A stretch of 63,888 nucleotides of DNA, filler included, from Thraustochytrium aureum (GCA_012862495.1; 5 parts of 3 records of this genome joined end to end with filler, not necessarily neighbours in it), one strand, 5' to 3'; positions 34,145 through 46,455 are shown, counted from the first letter of the whole stretch. The notes: generated by a model from the letters alone, not told the origin. Numbers and translations are program-made.

Positions 34145-35236
34145 CTGGGGACAAAGAAATATCAAGTGCGCCAAGTGCCTGCGACATGCTTTGCGCTTCC
34201 GAACGCGCCGCACTCCGTGCCAAGCTGACTCGGGAGGTCGCGAGGATCATCAGCAGACTAGTGTCGATGCGCAGCGAAAGGCACAGAGTCAAACGTGATG
34301 GAGCTTCAGCTTCTTCTGACGGCATCACGAAGATTGGGGAAATCGTTCGCAAAAGCTCGGGCCGGAGGAGGCTTGCTTGCAACAAGTGTAATGGGAGAGG
34401 CATCCAACCGCGTTGGGCGAGGTGCAGGGCCGACGTCTTAGCAACCGGCCGACCAAGAGTCAGTCCTTCATCAGCGCACTCTAGCTAGCTAGCTAGAGAT
34501 CGTGACCTTGCTTCAAAACCACGCGCTTTCCTCAAGCAGGCCAAGCTCAGCTTTCGGGCGCTGTGTCGGCGCTGGCGGACAGCTCGCGCTCGACGTGAAA
34601 ATATGAAAACAAAGGAGTCGAGTGACGGATGTTGGCAAACTTGTTCAGTTGGGGCTGGCCCGCAGTGGATCAAACCGAAGGCAAGGAGGATGTCGGATCC
34701 TCCTTGCCGAAGGAGAGACCTTGCCTTGATCGTCGGTGCGCAACAAAACCACTGCACACCTCGTCACACGACGCCAACCCGCTGATGGGCGGGCACTCTG
34801 ATGAGCACCAGCCAGTTAGTCGGGTGGGCTGGCGATGGGAGTCCAAAGCGAAGTCCGCACATGCCCGAGTGCTGCTGCGCGAAGGCCTACTGTACCGTAT
34901 GTAATTACAAGTAGGTGGGCGCGAGCGGAGCACGAGCTCAGTGCGCTCAACGCCGAGTGCCTCGCCCGTGGTCCGTCGTGATCCATCATGGATGTTCTGT
35001 AAGTGGCAGGCCCATCGTGTCTGTGAGCCAGGCACGAGGCACGAACAAACCTGGCTTCATTCGTTTTTGGTGGTCGTGGACTCGTGGCAGACCCACGCAG
35101 CGACCACGCCTCGGGGCCGTCGCGCACGAGACGCGATTGAGCGAGGACGAACTGCGAGTCTGTTGCGCTCGACCTCGGCTTGCTTTGCTGCTGTTGGCGG
35201 AGCTGTCGGCGAACGTTTTGTGGAGCGGCCGGAAGG

Positions 35237-35877
35237 ATGGTCTGGGGCCAGAAACGCGCTGGCGTCGACGACCTCGTCACGAGGCTGCGGACGAACGCAG
35301 GCGGTCGCGCCATGCTGCTGATGAGCACCAGGACGTTTGGCGATGCAGAAGCCGCCAGCCTCTGCGAAGCGCTCGCGGAGAATGAAAGCCTCGAGGAGCT
35401 GCTGTGCTCGGGGCACTCGATATCGCCCGAAGGCGCCAAGTGCTTTGCAGAGGCCCTGCGCAAGAATCGGAAGCTCAAGCGGCTGTCGCTCGGGTGCAGC
35501 AACTTGGGCGATGCCGGCCTGCTTGCGTTGCTTGAGGGGTGGGACAACGACAGCTTGGAGCACTTGGACCTGGAGCTGAAGGGCCTGGGGCCGCCGTCAA
35601 TGTTGGGGCTTGCCCAAGTCTTGCGCAGCGAGTCGCACGCGCTCCAGCAGCTCATGCTCGGGAGGAACACGCTCGGGGACGAAGGCGCAGCGGCGCTTGC
35701 GGCGGGTCTCGCGGCGAGCCCTTCGCTGCATCTGATCGACTTGAAGTCGAATGGCGTCGGGGTGGACGGCTCGCGGGCGCTTGGTGCGGCCCTGGCATTG
35801 CGCGCCGCGCTGCCTAGCGCGCGCGGACTGCAGCTCGTTTGGACGACAACCCGATCGGCTCGGCGGGCGTCGAGGCG
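35237..35877 (+). CDS. Leucine-rich repeat (RNI-like) protein, 3' part in gap
   Basis: Repeats LKRLSLGCSNLGDAG, LQQLMLGRNTLGDEGAAALA, LHLIDLKSNGVG. Confidence 0.8.
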
Positions 35878-37066
35878 NNNNNNNNNNNNNNNNNNNNNNN
35901 NNNNNNNNNNNNNNNNNNNNNNNNNNNNNNNNNNNNNNNNNNNNNNNNNNNNNNNNNNNNNNNNNNNNNNNNNNNNNNNNNNNNNNNNNNNNNNNNNNNN
36001 NNNNNNNNNNNNNNNNNNNNNNNNNNNNNNNNNNNNNNNNNNNNNNNNNNNNNNNNNNNNNNNNNNNNNNNNNNNNNNNNNNNNNNNNNNNNNNNNNNNN
36101 NNNNNNNNNNNNNNNNNNNNNNNNNNNNNNNNNNNNNNNNNNNNNNNNNNNNNNNNNNNNNNNNNNNNNNNNNNNNNNNNNNNNNNNNNNNNNNNNNNNN
36201 NNNNNNNNNNNNNNNNNNNNNNNNNNNNNNNNNNNNNNNNNNNNNNNNNNNNNNNNNNNNNNNNNNNNNNNNNNNNNNNNNNNNNNNNNNNNNNNNNNNN
36301 NNNNNNNNNNNNNNNNNNNNNNNNNNNNNNNNNNNNNNNNNNNNNNNNNNNNNNNNNNNNNNNNNNNNNNNNNNNNNNNNNNNNNNNNNNNNNNNNNNNN
36401 NNNNNNNNNNNNNNNNNNNNNNNNNNNNNNNNNNNNNNNNNNNNNNNNNNNNNNNNNNNNNNNNNNNNNNNNNNNNNNNNNNNNNNNNNNNNNNNNNNNN
36501 NNNNNNNNNNNNNNNNNNNNNNNNNNNNNNNNNNNNNNNNNNNNNNNNNNNNNNNNNNNNNNNNNNNNNNNNNNNNNNNNNNNNNNNNNNNNNNNNNNNN
36601 NNNNNNNNNNNNNNNNNNNNNNNNNNNNNNNNNNNNNNNNNNNNNNNNNNNNNNNNNNNNNNNNNNNNNNNNNNNNNNNNNNNNNNNNNNNNNNNTCAGG
36701 CGGCCTCTTGGGGCGTGAGGCCGGCCGTCAATGACAGGCGGCAAGGAATGGGTCTGCTTTTTCGAGTGGCCCTCAAGGTCAGCTGCAGCGGTTCCACCAG
36801 GTTCACAGAGCACGCGGGAAGTATTCAAACTAGAGTACCATGATGGCTTTCAGCCTCGGTGCGCCAAACCCAAAAGCACCCGGCGTCTTTGGTTTTCTTT
36901 GGAACGGTCAACAAGCGCGTGGTGCTTGGGAAAAGGGAAAGCGATAGCGTGCAGCCTTGCTTTTTGTTTACATGCCAGCTAGTTGTACCGCGCAACGCAA
37001 CGAGACCGCTTGCCTGCTACTCGCCGTTTGAAGCCGGCCGCCGCGGGGCCCGAGCCGTCTAAACTC

Positions 37067-39352
37067 CTACTGGCCGAGAACGTTCGACTTGGCTTGCTCC
37101 ACCTCTTGGCGCTTGATGTTGGACTCGAGCTTGGCCCGGTGCTCTTGCTCGCGCATTCGCTGAGCTTCCTGCTCGGCGCGCTTCGCGGCGTCGGCCCTCT
37201 CCTTCTCTGGGTCGCGCGCCTCCATGATGATCTCGCCGTCGGGCTTGACGCCATAGTCGACGATTGGCATGGCGTCCTCGTCCATGGCGGTTGGGTGCCC
37301 AAACGTCTTGCCGCCCTCCCGGTAGAAGAGCGACTGCAGGTCGGTGTCCACATTGAAGAGCTTGTGGCAAAGTACCTTGAGCTCCTTCACAGTCATAGTT
37401 AGCGGGAGCCGCTTTGTGACGGGCGGGATCGTGCAGGAGCGCGGGTCGAAACTCCGGATGGTGACCTTGGCGCTGTTCGAGGCCAGCGACGAGCCGTGCT
37501 CGCGCTGACTGGCTGCCCGACGCGCAGCCTCCATGGGGTCGCCGTGGCGTCGGACGAGCTCGAAATATCGTGGATGCTCTGCAATGAGCTCTGNNNNNNN
37601 NNNNNNNNNNNNNNNNNNNNNNNNNNNNNNNNNNNNNNNNNNNNNNNNNNNNNNNNNNNNNNNNNNNNNNNNNNNNNNNNNNNNNNNNNNNNNNNNGGCG
37701 CTCTGCATCCATGCGCTCGCGCTCGCTCACGTCCGAGCCGTTGAGGCGACAGAGCCCGTGGATGCGCGCGACGGTTGTCTGCCGGGCGGCGCCAGGGTTG
37801 GCGGCAGCATCCACAACGGGCGAACCTTGCAGGCGTAGCTCGCGGAGCGCTGGAAACTCGTTGAGGGCGTCGATACTGGCCCACGAGTGCACGCGCGTGC
37901 GGCACAGCAGCAGGGTCTCGAGTGCGCTGAAGGGCTGACGGCCGCCGTCCGACCCGTCGCCCTTGAAGAGCCGCGCGTCCGTGTACTTGGCTCGCTCGTT
38001 GAACTCGGCCACGGGCACAACCGTCCCGTTGCTCATGACGATGTCGATCCCTTCGGCAGCCTTGGCACGCACGGCAGTGTCTGGGGTGGCATGTCCAGGA
38101 CCAAGGCGAAGCAGGCGCTCAAAGTCGTCAGCGGCCTTGCGGCGCACTTGCTCTGCGTCAGAGTGAGCGCCTCCATCGCGGGCTGGGTTGGGTCCGTCCG
38201 CGGCCGGCGCGTCGACTGGACTGGATGGGGTCCCGGTCGGCGCCTCGGAATCGCGGTGCTGGGATGACTCGGGCTCTGCGAGGGCCTTGTCGAAGAAGAT
38301 GGCGTCGATTGGGTTGTCGCTGGCGTTGATGTGGCGCAGGGCGGGCAGCCGCGAGAGGCGCCAGACCTCCGACCAGTTGTCCAGGTTGTTGCGAGAAATG
38401 TCAATTTTGCGCAGGTTGCGGAACCCCTTGGCGAAGGACTCGGGCGTGAACCCGCTGCGGTCAACCTGCTTGATCTGCTCTTTGGCCCAGGCCGCGTAGG
38501 AGCCTTTGGTGTGTTCCACCTTGTCCGACTTCAGGTCGCTGATCGGGTCAAGGCTCGAGAGCTGGTTGTCGCCGAGGACGAGGTCCTCGAGGGCGGGGAT
38601 TACCCCCTCCACGTCCAGGCGCTGGATTTGCGAAAACGAGGTGCCGGTCTTGTTGAGCACCAGCACCTTGAGCGCCACGTAGGGGCGCTTGAGCGATGTC
38701 GGCAGCCGATGGATCGGATTGATCGGCAGGCCCTCGACGAGCGCGTTGCGCGCAAGGCTGAGGTGCTCGAGTTGGGGAAGCTGCTCAAGAATGTCGCCCA
38801 CGGTGGCCCACGAGTCGAGAAGGTTGTCAGAGAGCTCGAGCTCGATGATGCCCGGGCAGTTGGCAGCGATCCAGCCCTTTTCGCCGGCGGAAACCACCGC
38901 GCTCGACCCGAGCGAAACCTGCCGAAGGTTGGCAACGCGCTGTTTGCGCATGATAGCTTCCATTCCGACGGCTTCGATCTCGACCGCTTCGCCGTTCCGT
39001 CTGCGCGGACCCGAGTCGCTTTCGCCGGTGCCTTGGGTGAACCCCTCCTGCTCGGCGCGGGCCGGTTCGTACCGTTCGAGCAGCGCTGCGCCGAACGCCT
39101 TGCCTGCCCGCAGAAATTGCGGTTTCACGAATGACCCTTGACCTTGTGGGCAATCAAAGTACCGCGTGACCTCGCCGGTCGCCTTGTCGGCCACCGAGCC
39201 GTCGTGCTTGCCGCGCCTTTGGCATCCCACTCGACGCCGACCCCATACAGCGTCCTTCTCTTCGCGCTGGCCACAGGCCCGACGTACCGCACGGTCCCGC
39301 GGAAGCCTTCTTCGTCAACGACCACCTGGCCAGCCTCAAAGTCGGCCCCCAT
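37067..39352 (-). CDS. TBCE: Tubulin-specific chaperone E (CAP-Gly + LRR + ubiquitin-like); indel near 39217, internal gap
   Basis: RGTVRYVGPV...GVEWD...RGKHDGSV...RYFDC...GSFVKP, then LRRs, LNGSDVSERERMDAER, and a Ubl domain KRLPLTMTVKELKVLCHKLF. Confidence 0.92.
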
Positions 39353-39448
39353 CTCGCCCTCCTTTGTGGCCCGTCTTGCGCAAGCGGCACGCGCCAGGCG
39401 GCAGGCGACAGGCGACAGAGGCTGCGTGCGCGGCAGCCGCGTTGGCAA

Positions 39449-39473
39449 GCAGGCAGGCAGGCAGGCAGGCAGG
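39449..39473. repeat. (GCAG)n microsatellite upstream of TBCE
   Basis: gcaggcaggcaggcaggcaggcagg, running into a gap. Confidence 0.8.
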
Positions 39474-40361
39474 NNNNNNNNNNNNNNNNNNNNNNNNNNN
39501 NNNNNNNNNNNNNNNNNNNNNNNNNNNNNNNNNNNNNNNNNNNNNNNNNNNNNNNNNNNNNNNNNNNNNNNNNNNNNNNNNNNNNNNNNNNNNNNNNNNN
39601 NNNNNNNNNNNNNNNNNNNNNNNTCGGGCTCGGCGCGATGTGTGGCGACTGGAGCGTGATTGACGCCGCAGCCCGGGACTGCACAGCCTGCGCGTCAAGC
39701 TCTGCGGCCCTTCCCGGCGATCCCCCTGACGCCCCCCGGCACAATTCGCTGGCGCCGCCCTGCTCGTTGCGTGTCTGCTGGCGCTCGTCCGGTGTCGGCG
39801 CTAGCGAGCTCCTGCTCTCCTCGCGTCCCTTCGCGCAAACCTGCACCCCCACCCTAACCTGCCGGTGCATAAATGTATAGAAATCCTAGTTTTTCTTAAA
39901 GGTTAGGTGCCGGAGGGATTTACCGATACATGCGAAGAACGACAAGAGGCGCCACCCGAATTGCAACCGCCGATGTGGCCCAGGCCAAGTAGGTAACATG
40001 CCGAAAGTGTAAGTAACAGGGTGGCACGGTAGGCAACGAAGTGCACGAACGCTTTTTTCGATGAGCTCTGAACACGCCCGGCAGCCAGCCCGCGTCTCCG
40101 CTGCAGCAGACCTGCGTTGGACGAGCACACGGATGAGACAAGCACCGCCAGACAACCAAGCACCGTCAGACGAGCGAGCGAGGTTCAGGCCCAGCAGCAC
40201 GAGCAGCACCAGCAGCAGCACCAGCAGCAGCGAGCTCAAAACCAGTTCAGGAAAAAGCAACACGAGCAACTAGCAGCACAGGCTGTTTCGACTGGGCAGA
40301 GCGCGACGAGCTCGGCCGCGAGGTTGAACCGTTGACCTCCGTGGACGCCGAGCTCCCGAGA

Positions 40362-40973
40362 ATGAGCGGCATTGTCAAGGCGCAGCCGGTCCGCGATGAC
40401 GAGATCGGGAAAGGCGGGCGCGACTTGCCGGTGGCCGAGGCTGTGGGCGAAAAGGCCGACGCGGAGTCGTTCCCCGCGATGAGCGAGCTTCTTGAGCCGA
40501 AGACTTCGCTAGCGCGCGCTGGCGAGCCCGTCGAGTTTTGGAGGCCGGTCTTCAAGGCTTCCAAGGGCGTTGCAGGCGTGAAGGAGTGGCTGGTGCACTT
40601 GGAGCGCGATTCGGCCCCCGCGCGAGTGCTCTTCGTGCACGAGGACGGTACCTGCGACATCGAGGTGGAGGTGGAGGGCCAGGCAAAGCCGGACGTTCAG
40701 TACCGGGTCAGCCCCATCCAACTGCGGCCAGCTGGGGAGAAGCTGCCGCTCCGGGCTTGGTTTCAGCCAGGCACGCTCGTTCTCTGCGCCCAAGTCAGGG
40801 GGACCGTGGACGAGCACTCGCCCGTGCGCCGCGGCCGCGTCGTCAATCTCGTGCACCGCCAAGGCACGGACTTTGTCGACATCCAGTACGACAACATCAA
40901 GGACCATGTCGAGTTTTATGTTCCGCTGGAAGCTGTGGGCCTAAACTGGGCTGTTTACTGCCGGTCACGGTAG
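40362..40973 (+). CDS. Hypothetical protein with two possible Tudor/SH3-like beta-barrels; true 5' end may extend upstream
   Basis: PARVLFVHEDGTCDIEVE and PGTLVLC...RRGRVVNLVH...FVDIQYD...VEFYVPLEAV; coding-like composition. Confidence 0.5.
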   Translation: MSGIVKAQPVRDDEIGKGGRDLPVAEAVGEKADAESFPAMSELLEPKTSLARAGEPVEFWRPVFKASKGVAGVKEWLVHLERDSAPARVLFVHEDGTCDIEVEVEGQAKPDVQYRVSPIQLRPAGEKLPLRAWFQPGTLVLCAQVRGTVDEHSPVRRGRVVNLVHRQGTDFVDIQYDNIKDHVEFYVPLEAVGLNWAVYCRSR

Positions 40974-41937
40974 CGCAGCGTCACTATAATTGCGACAAAG
41001 GAGATGCAAGGTTGACATGCGCTTTCCAACGTCCTGCGCGGCGCCGCGGCGCCAACCGAGCGAGCGCCTGCGCAGCGTTCGTTTCGCCACCCTGGGCGAT
41101 GTCGAGAACGAGATGCTCTGAGAATCTTGGAAAACGCATCTGGCCCTTGGGCTTTCGTATTCTGGGCCTTGGCAAGCCTGCGTAGTCTTGCTTTTCAGTA
41201 GAGCGACCAAACCGGCTTTTGCTTGTGAGGTGGTTTGCCCGACGGCGAGGTCGCTTGTGAAGCGGTCGGTCCGAATCTCACCCGCGACAGATTCTCCGCG
41301 CAGGGTGTACTGTGTCGCGGATAATTATAAATAACACCCCGGGTGGAACGGACACGGGGACAGGCGGTGCAATAGGGCACTACAGTACACCTGTCGGATA
41401 AAGTTAACACGATTTTCAGATTAAAAAGTGTCACCGGCATATCTGAAGTTACACCGGGGTGTTTTCTGCGCGCTGGTTTGAGTTTTTGGCCTTTTCGCGT
41501 CCGCGAGGAAAGTGCGGCGAGGCGGAGGAGGAAAACGCCCTCCTTCAGAACTCAGANNNNNNNNNNNNNNNNNNNNNNNNNNNNNNNNNNNNNNNNNNNN
41601 NNNNNNNNNNNNNNNNNNNNNNNNNNNNNNNNNNNNNNNNNNNNNNNNNNNNNNNNNNNNNNNNNNNNNNNNNNNNNNNNNNNNNNNNNNNNNNNNNNNN
41701 NNNNNNNNNNNNNNNNNNNNNNNNNNNNNNNNNNNNNNNNNNNNNNNNNNNNNNNNNNNNNNNNNNNNNNNNNNNNNNNNNNNNNNNNNNNNNNNNNNNN
41801 NNNNNNNNNNNNNNNNNNNNNNNNNNNNNNNNNNNNNNNNNNNNNNNNNNNNNNNGGAGGGGGAGGGGGAAACGTCTGTGAGCGCCCTCTACCGGGTACC
41901 CACTCTACTCCGCTGCCCTCACTGCATCGCGCTTTGG

Positions 41938-41982
41938 CAGTTTTTCAATCAGTTTTTCAATCAGTTTTTCAATCAGTTTTTC
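41938..41982. repeat. 12-bp tandem repeat (CAGTTTTTCAAT) x ~3.7
   Basis: Read directly from the sequence. Confidence 0.85.
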
Positions 41983-42891
41983 TCCAGTGCCCGGGAGGGT
42001 TGAGTGGAGACCTTTTTTAAAAAAATTTCATGGAAGAAAAAGCCACTCTTCGCCGCCCGCCTCTCAGCAAGGTCCTCTCCCCCTCATCGGCAGTGAGCTT
42101 GGTTGGTACGGCACTCGTTCGAGCGACAGAGGGCGGAGGAGGAGCGCCTCTCAAGTGCAGCGTCCCGGGCGAGTGAGGGGCTTGTGAGGGCGAGCGGCGC
42201 CCACCTTCACGTTCGCGTCCTCATCCTCAGTATCGCCTCACATCCTCCCCCTGAAAAAGTGAAACAAAGTGGAAAAAGAACGCGAATAAAAACAACAAAT
42301 GAAATAAAAGCCTGAGGAGAGAAAATGAATAAAAAATGAAAGAAAACGAGAGAAAATGAGAGAAAGAAAGAGTTTCTTCCTCCTCAGCTGGGTGCCGGTA
42401 CCTCCGCTCAAGACTCCCTTTCTCCTCCCAAATGCGTCCCATGGCACGCCCTCAGGGCCTTCGCTGTTTCGTATACTTTGAGGCCTCTCCCCCTCTGCGC
42501 GTCGCTTCCTTGCTGTCTTCCTCACATGGTGTTTCAGAGCCGCAGGAGCCGCGAGAGCAGCAGCAGCAGCAGCGGCAGCAGCGGTAGCAGCAGACCCCAT
42601 TCATCCCTCTCGACCCGTGCGGAGGCCCTGCGAGCGCTTGGCGCCGATCACTCGCTCGCTCGCGCACTCGCCCACTCGCTCGCTCGTGCTCTCGGTCGCT
42701 CGTGCTCTCGGCCGCGCGCTTGGTGGATCAATCGTCGACCGAGGAATCACCCCCTGACGCCGCCTTTTGCTTTTCGGCGCTCCTGGTCGCCCTGGCGCGC
42801 TGCTGAACGGGCCGGCTGACGGCGAGGCAGGCGGCGAGGAAGGAAGGAAGGCGAGAGGCCGGAGGAGGTGTGGCCTGCTGGGCGGCGTCGG

Positions 42892-43602
42892 ATGAGCGTT
42901 GCGGTGTCGGACGTAGTCATGGCTCCGCCGGCGGCGAACGTAAACCCCTGCATGGGAGGGTCGCCCAGTGTGGCGCCCGAGCGCAAGAGCAAGGAGCTGC
43001 CGCGCTCGCGCGAGGAGTCCAAAGAGGAGAGCCTGACGCTGGACGCGTCCGAAAATCAGCTCATCCGCGACGTGCTCGAGCAGCACGGGTCGCCCTCCAA
43101 TCGCAATGACCAGTACAAGACGCTCGAGCAGATCATGCTCGACAGCGAACGCGACATCTGCATCTTCGCCGGCGCGATCGAGCTCCTCACCAAGCAGCTC
43201 GAGGAGAGCCGCGCCGGTTGGTGCTGCTCGGTGTGCGCCCGTGGCTTCGAAGCCCCCGAGGACTTTGACACGTGCCTGGACCAGCTCGAGGTCAAGAAGG
43301 CCGAGACAGAAGCCTCTCGCGAAGAGAGCAACATCGTCAAAATCTTCCACGCCACGCGCAAAGCCCTGCAGCAGTACCACCCGTCGCGCACGACCGAGGT
43401 GAAGAAGTTCGAGTCGCGCGTCTCGTTCAACATGCGCAGCGGCGCGCTCACCGAGCTGCGCAACCAAAAGGCCGAGTGTCTGCAAGACCAGCGATGCTTT
43501 GCCTGCCAGCGCGCCTTCGAGGGCGTTGACATCACCCAGTACTTGCAGCGCGTGGACCGCAACGCATTCCAGATGCAGGAGCGCCTCCACGTGCACAACT
43601 GA
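42892..43602 (+). CDS. Small helical protein with two Rad50 zinc-hook-like CxxC motifs
   Basis: WCCSVCARGFEAPEDFDTCLDQL and RCFACQRAFEGVDITQYLQRV within predicted helical/coiled-coil sequence; GC-rich third codon positions. Confidence 0.7.
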   Translation: MSVAVSDVVMAPPAANVNPCMGGSPSVAPERKSKELPRSREESKEESLTLDASENQLIRDVLEQHGSPSNRNDQYKTLEQIMLDSERDICIFAGAIELLTKQLEESRAGWCCSVCARGFEAPEDFDTCLDQLEVKKAETEASREESNIVKIFHATRKALQQYHPSRTTEVKKFESRVSFNMRSGALTELRNQKAECLQDQRCFACQRAFEGVDITQYLQRVDRNAFQMQERLHVHN

Positions 43603-43799
43603 CCACTGAATTCCGGACCTGAAATCCTGATGAACCGGACGGCGAGCCATTGCCGGGACCGCGTTTTGGCTTGCGAGAGAGCTGCTCTGGGGTTGGACCC
43701 CTCGGCTTCTCCGTATAGCTCTGGAGAGAGGCTCGCGCTGCGCTGCGCGACGCGCGAGCCTGCTCCACCTTTCTTTCCAAAGTAAACAATTCGAACAAA

Positions 43800-43892
43800 C
43801 CAAAGCAAAACAAATTACACTGGCGCCAGCCCAAAGCAAAACAAATTACACCGGCGCCAGCCCAAAGCAAAACAAGTTACACTGGCGCCAGC
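43800..43892. repeat. 31-bp tandem repeat x3 (CCAAAGCAAAACAAATTACACTGGCGCCAGC)
   Basis: Three head-to-tail copies with single substitutions and no spacers, between two convergent 3' ends. Confidence 0.92.
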
Positions 43893-43987
43893 AAATGCCA
43901 AGGCCGCTCATCAGCGAGGAAACCCGGCGACTTCGCCTGATCTTTCTTTTGTTGCTGTTCCATCGTCCTTGAGAGCGGCGAGCGCCA

Positions 43988-45252
43988 TTAGGGCGCGCCG
44001 TTCTCTGCCGCGGAATTGGCGCGCTCCTCTGCCCCGGGACCGGCGGTGGTGCCCCGCGCGTCTGCGGCGGCGGCGGCCTGCACGGCGGCCGGCCGCACCG
44101 CGTCCATGCTCTCGCGCATGAACTCGTCCGTCATCTCGGTTCGNNNNNNNNNNNNNNNNNNNNNNNNNNNNNNNNNNNNNNNNNNNNNNNNNNNNNNNNN
44201 NNNNATTTCTTCACCGTGTAGCCCTTCGCGCCCGCCGAGCACGATGCAACGAGACGATCTCGTCGTCGTCGCAAGGACCGCCGACGAAGCCTTGCAAGTG
44301 CACGCCCCCGCGCGCGCGCCCGCTCAACCTGCTCCTGCAGGGCGCCGTCCCTAACGGGGCGTGTCAAGTTCACAGCGGTGACCGTGTCGTGGCTGCAGGA
44401 GTTTGCGTCCGTGGCGCGAAGGACGACGGTGCAGGGAGCCTGCAGCGCGTCCAGTGCGCTGCTCAACTCGCTGGCGCTGACCCCGGCGAGGCTGCGCTCT
44501 GCGACCAGCTCAAAGGTCCTGTCTCGGAGCCGAATGCAGCGATCGGCGCCAAGCTTGGTGCGCAGCATCTCCACCTGCTCCTGGCTGTCTAGCTCGACCT
44601 CCACTTGGCCCTCCTCCTCCTCCACCGAGGTAATCAGGTAAACCCCTCGGAGCCAGTGCCGGTACGAAGCCAAGGCGGCTTGGAGCGGCGCGTCGTTCAT
44701 CTCCTTTTGCAGCATCTCGCTGAAAACCGGGTGAGCGGCGATGATTTTGCCCGGCTCGATCAGAGCGGCAATCTCTGGGCCGGTGAACGATTCCATCAGC
44801 TCTTGCCTCGTCGGCGGCGGGCACGTGAACGTCGTTTTGCACGTGGAGCACACGCGATGCCGCTCGTCATCGCGCCAGAACATGGGGTGCGTTGGCTGTT
44901 GCACGACCACCATGCGCTGCCAGCGCCTCAGGCAGCTCATGTGGATCCATTTCCCAGTGCCCTTGCAAGCACAGGGCGAGACCATGTCTTCACCGGACTC
45001 GTCAGGAGTCTCGAAGCAGATGCGGCACCTCTTTTCGTCATCGCCGTCGCCGCCGCCCGCGTCTGCCATACCGCCCACGGCGGCAGGAGCATCGCCGTAC
45101 AGCCCGGGCGTCGGCGGCGTCGGCGGCGGCGGCGTCGGCGGCGGAGCTACTTCCTTGGCCGGCCCCTCGGCAGCGTCCCCGTCCTCCACTTCCATCTTGT
45201 CGCGCTCCGCCTCGGCGCCAGCCTCGCCGTCCTCGTGCATCCTCGACGCCAT
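43988..45252 (-). CDS. RINGv (RING-CH) protein with possible DUF179/AlgH-like C-terminal domain; indel and gap near the 3' end
   Basis: CRICFE...MVSPCACKGTGKWIHMSCLRRW...CSTCK, then PGKIIAAHP...HWLRGVYLIT...AVNLTRP. Confidence 0.8.
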
Positions 45253-45398
45253 CCAAGCGGCCCCGCGTCGCGCCTCCTTCCAGCCACGCAAACAAACCGC
45301 CTCCTGCGAGGCTTTCGGGTGAGCAAGACGAGGAAGCGGCGCGCGCCGCGGCGGCCTGAGCCGAGTCTCCAACGAACCACGGAGCAACTGCCTGTCTA

Positions 45399-45467
45399 CC
45401 TGCCTGCCTGCGTGCCTGCGTGCCTGCGTGCCTGCCTGCCTGCCTGCCTGCGTGCCTGCCTGCCTGC
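45399..45467. repeat. (GCCT/GCGT)n microsatellite upstream of the RINGv gene
   Basis: About 17 tetramer units, read directly. Confidence 0.85.
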
Positions 45468-46455
45468 GACGGGCGCGGCCTGGAGGTCTTCGGAGTCTGC
45501 CAGCGCCTCCGGTTGGGACATTTCTTTCGCGCAGGATTTACTTCCCTGGTGCCCCCCACAGAAGCCGAGGCGGGGGCACCTTCTCGAGAGGCCATCGTGA
45601 CGTCACCTGGTGATCTGGCAGCCACGCTGGTCCATTGCCGTCCTCGTGATGACGCCACTCTTCGCGCAGCCGCAGGTCGCTCCCCTCACAAGCTGCCTCT
45701 CACAGCATCCGGCCTCACACGGTGGGTTCCCCAAAGGGCACCCGCGTGTCTCTCAAGGCCTCCGTCGTTCCGTGACTCTGGGCGGCTCCCTCCTGCTGCA
45801 CGCTCACGGTGCGGGCGATTCGCAGACGCATAGCTTCTTTCCATGTGAGGCGCGCGGCGAGTTGGGCGGGTTTCGAGCGCGTTTTGGCCGTTCCGTGTGA
45901 GGAGGGAGGGAGGGCCTCTAGCTCTGGAGACTCTCTTTGCAAGGTGATACTTAGATAGATACAGGCCGAATGCGATGATGTGGNNNNNNNNNNNNNNNNN
46001 NNNNNNNNNNNNNNNNNNNNNNNNNNNNNNNNNNNNNNNNNNNNNNNNNNNNNNNNNNNNNNNNNNNNNNNNNNNNNNNNNNNNNNNNNNNNNNNNNNNN
46101 NNNNNNNNNNNNNNNNNNNNNNNNNNNNNNNNNNNNNNNNNNNNNNNNNNNNNNNNNNNNNNNNNNNNNNNNNNNNNNNNNNNNNNNNNNNNNNNNNNNN
46201 NNNNNNNNNNNNNNNNNNNNNNNNNNNNNNNNNNNNNNNNNNNNNNNNNNNNNNNNNNNNNNNNNNNNNNNNNNNNNNNNNNNNNNNNNNNNAGGAGGCT
46301 TTGGGGGTCGGCAGCGTCGAGGCGCGGATTGCTGCAGGGCGGAAGCAGCGTCGTTTGGCTTGCGTGGTTTGGAGAGTGGAACAGGCGCGGACGGAATCTC
46401 GAAGGTTGCGCGGGCTCGGCCGAAACGCAGGGCTGGTGTTAGGTCTGCCTGCGAC

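Noticed and set aside
42892..43602. RAD50 itself
   Set aside because: Short complete ORF with no Walker motifs or long coiled coils, and no adjacent RAD50 fragments.
43800..43892. CRISPR array
   Set aside because: Repeats are contiguous with no spacers, there are no cas genes, and the context is eukaryotic.
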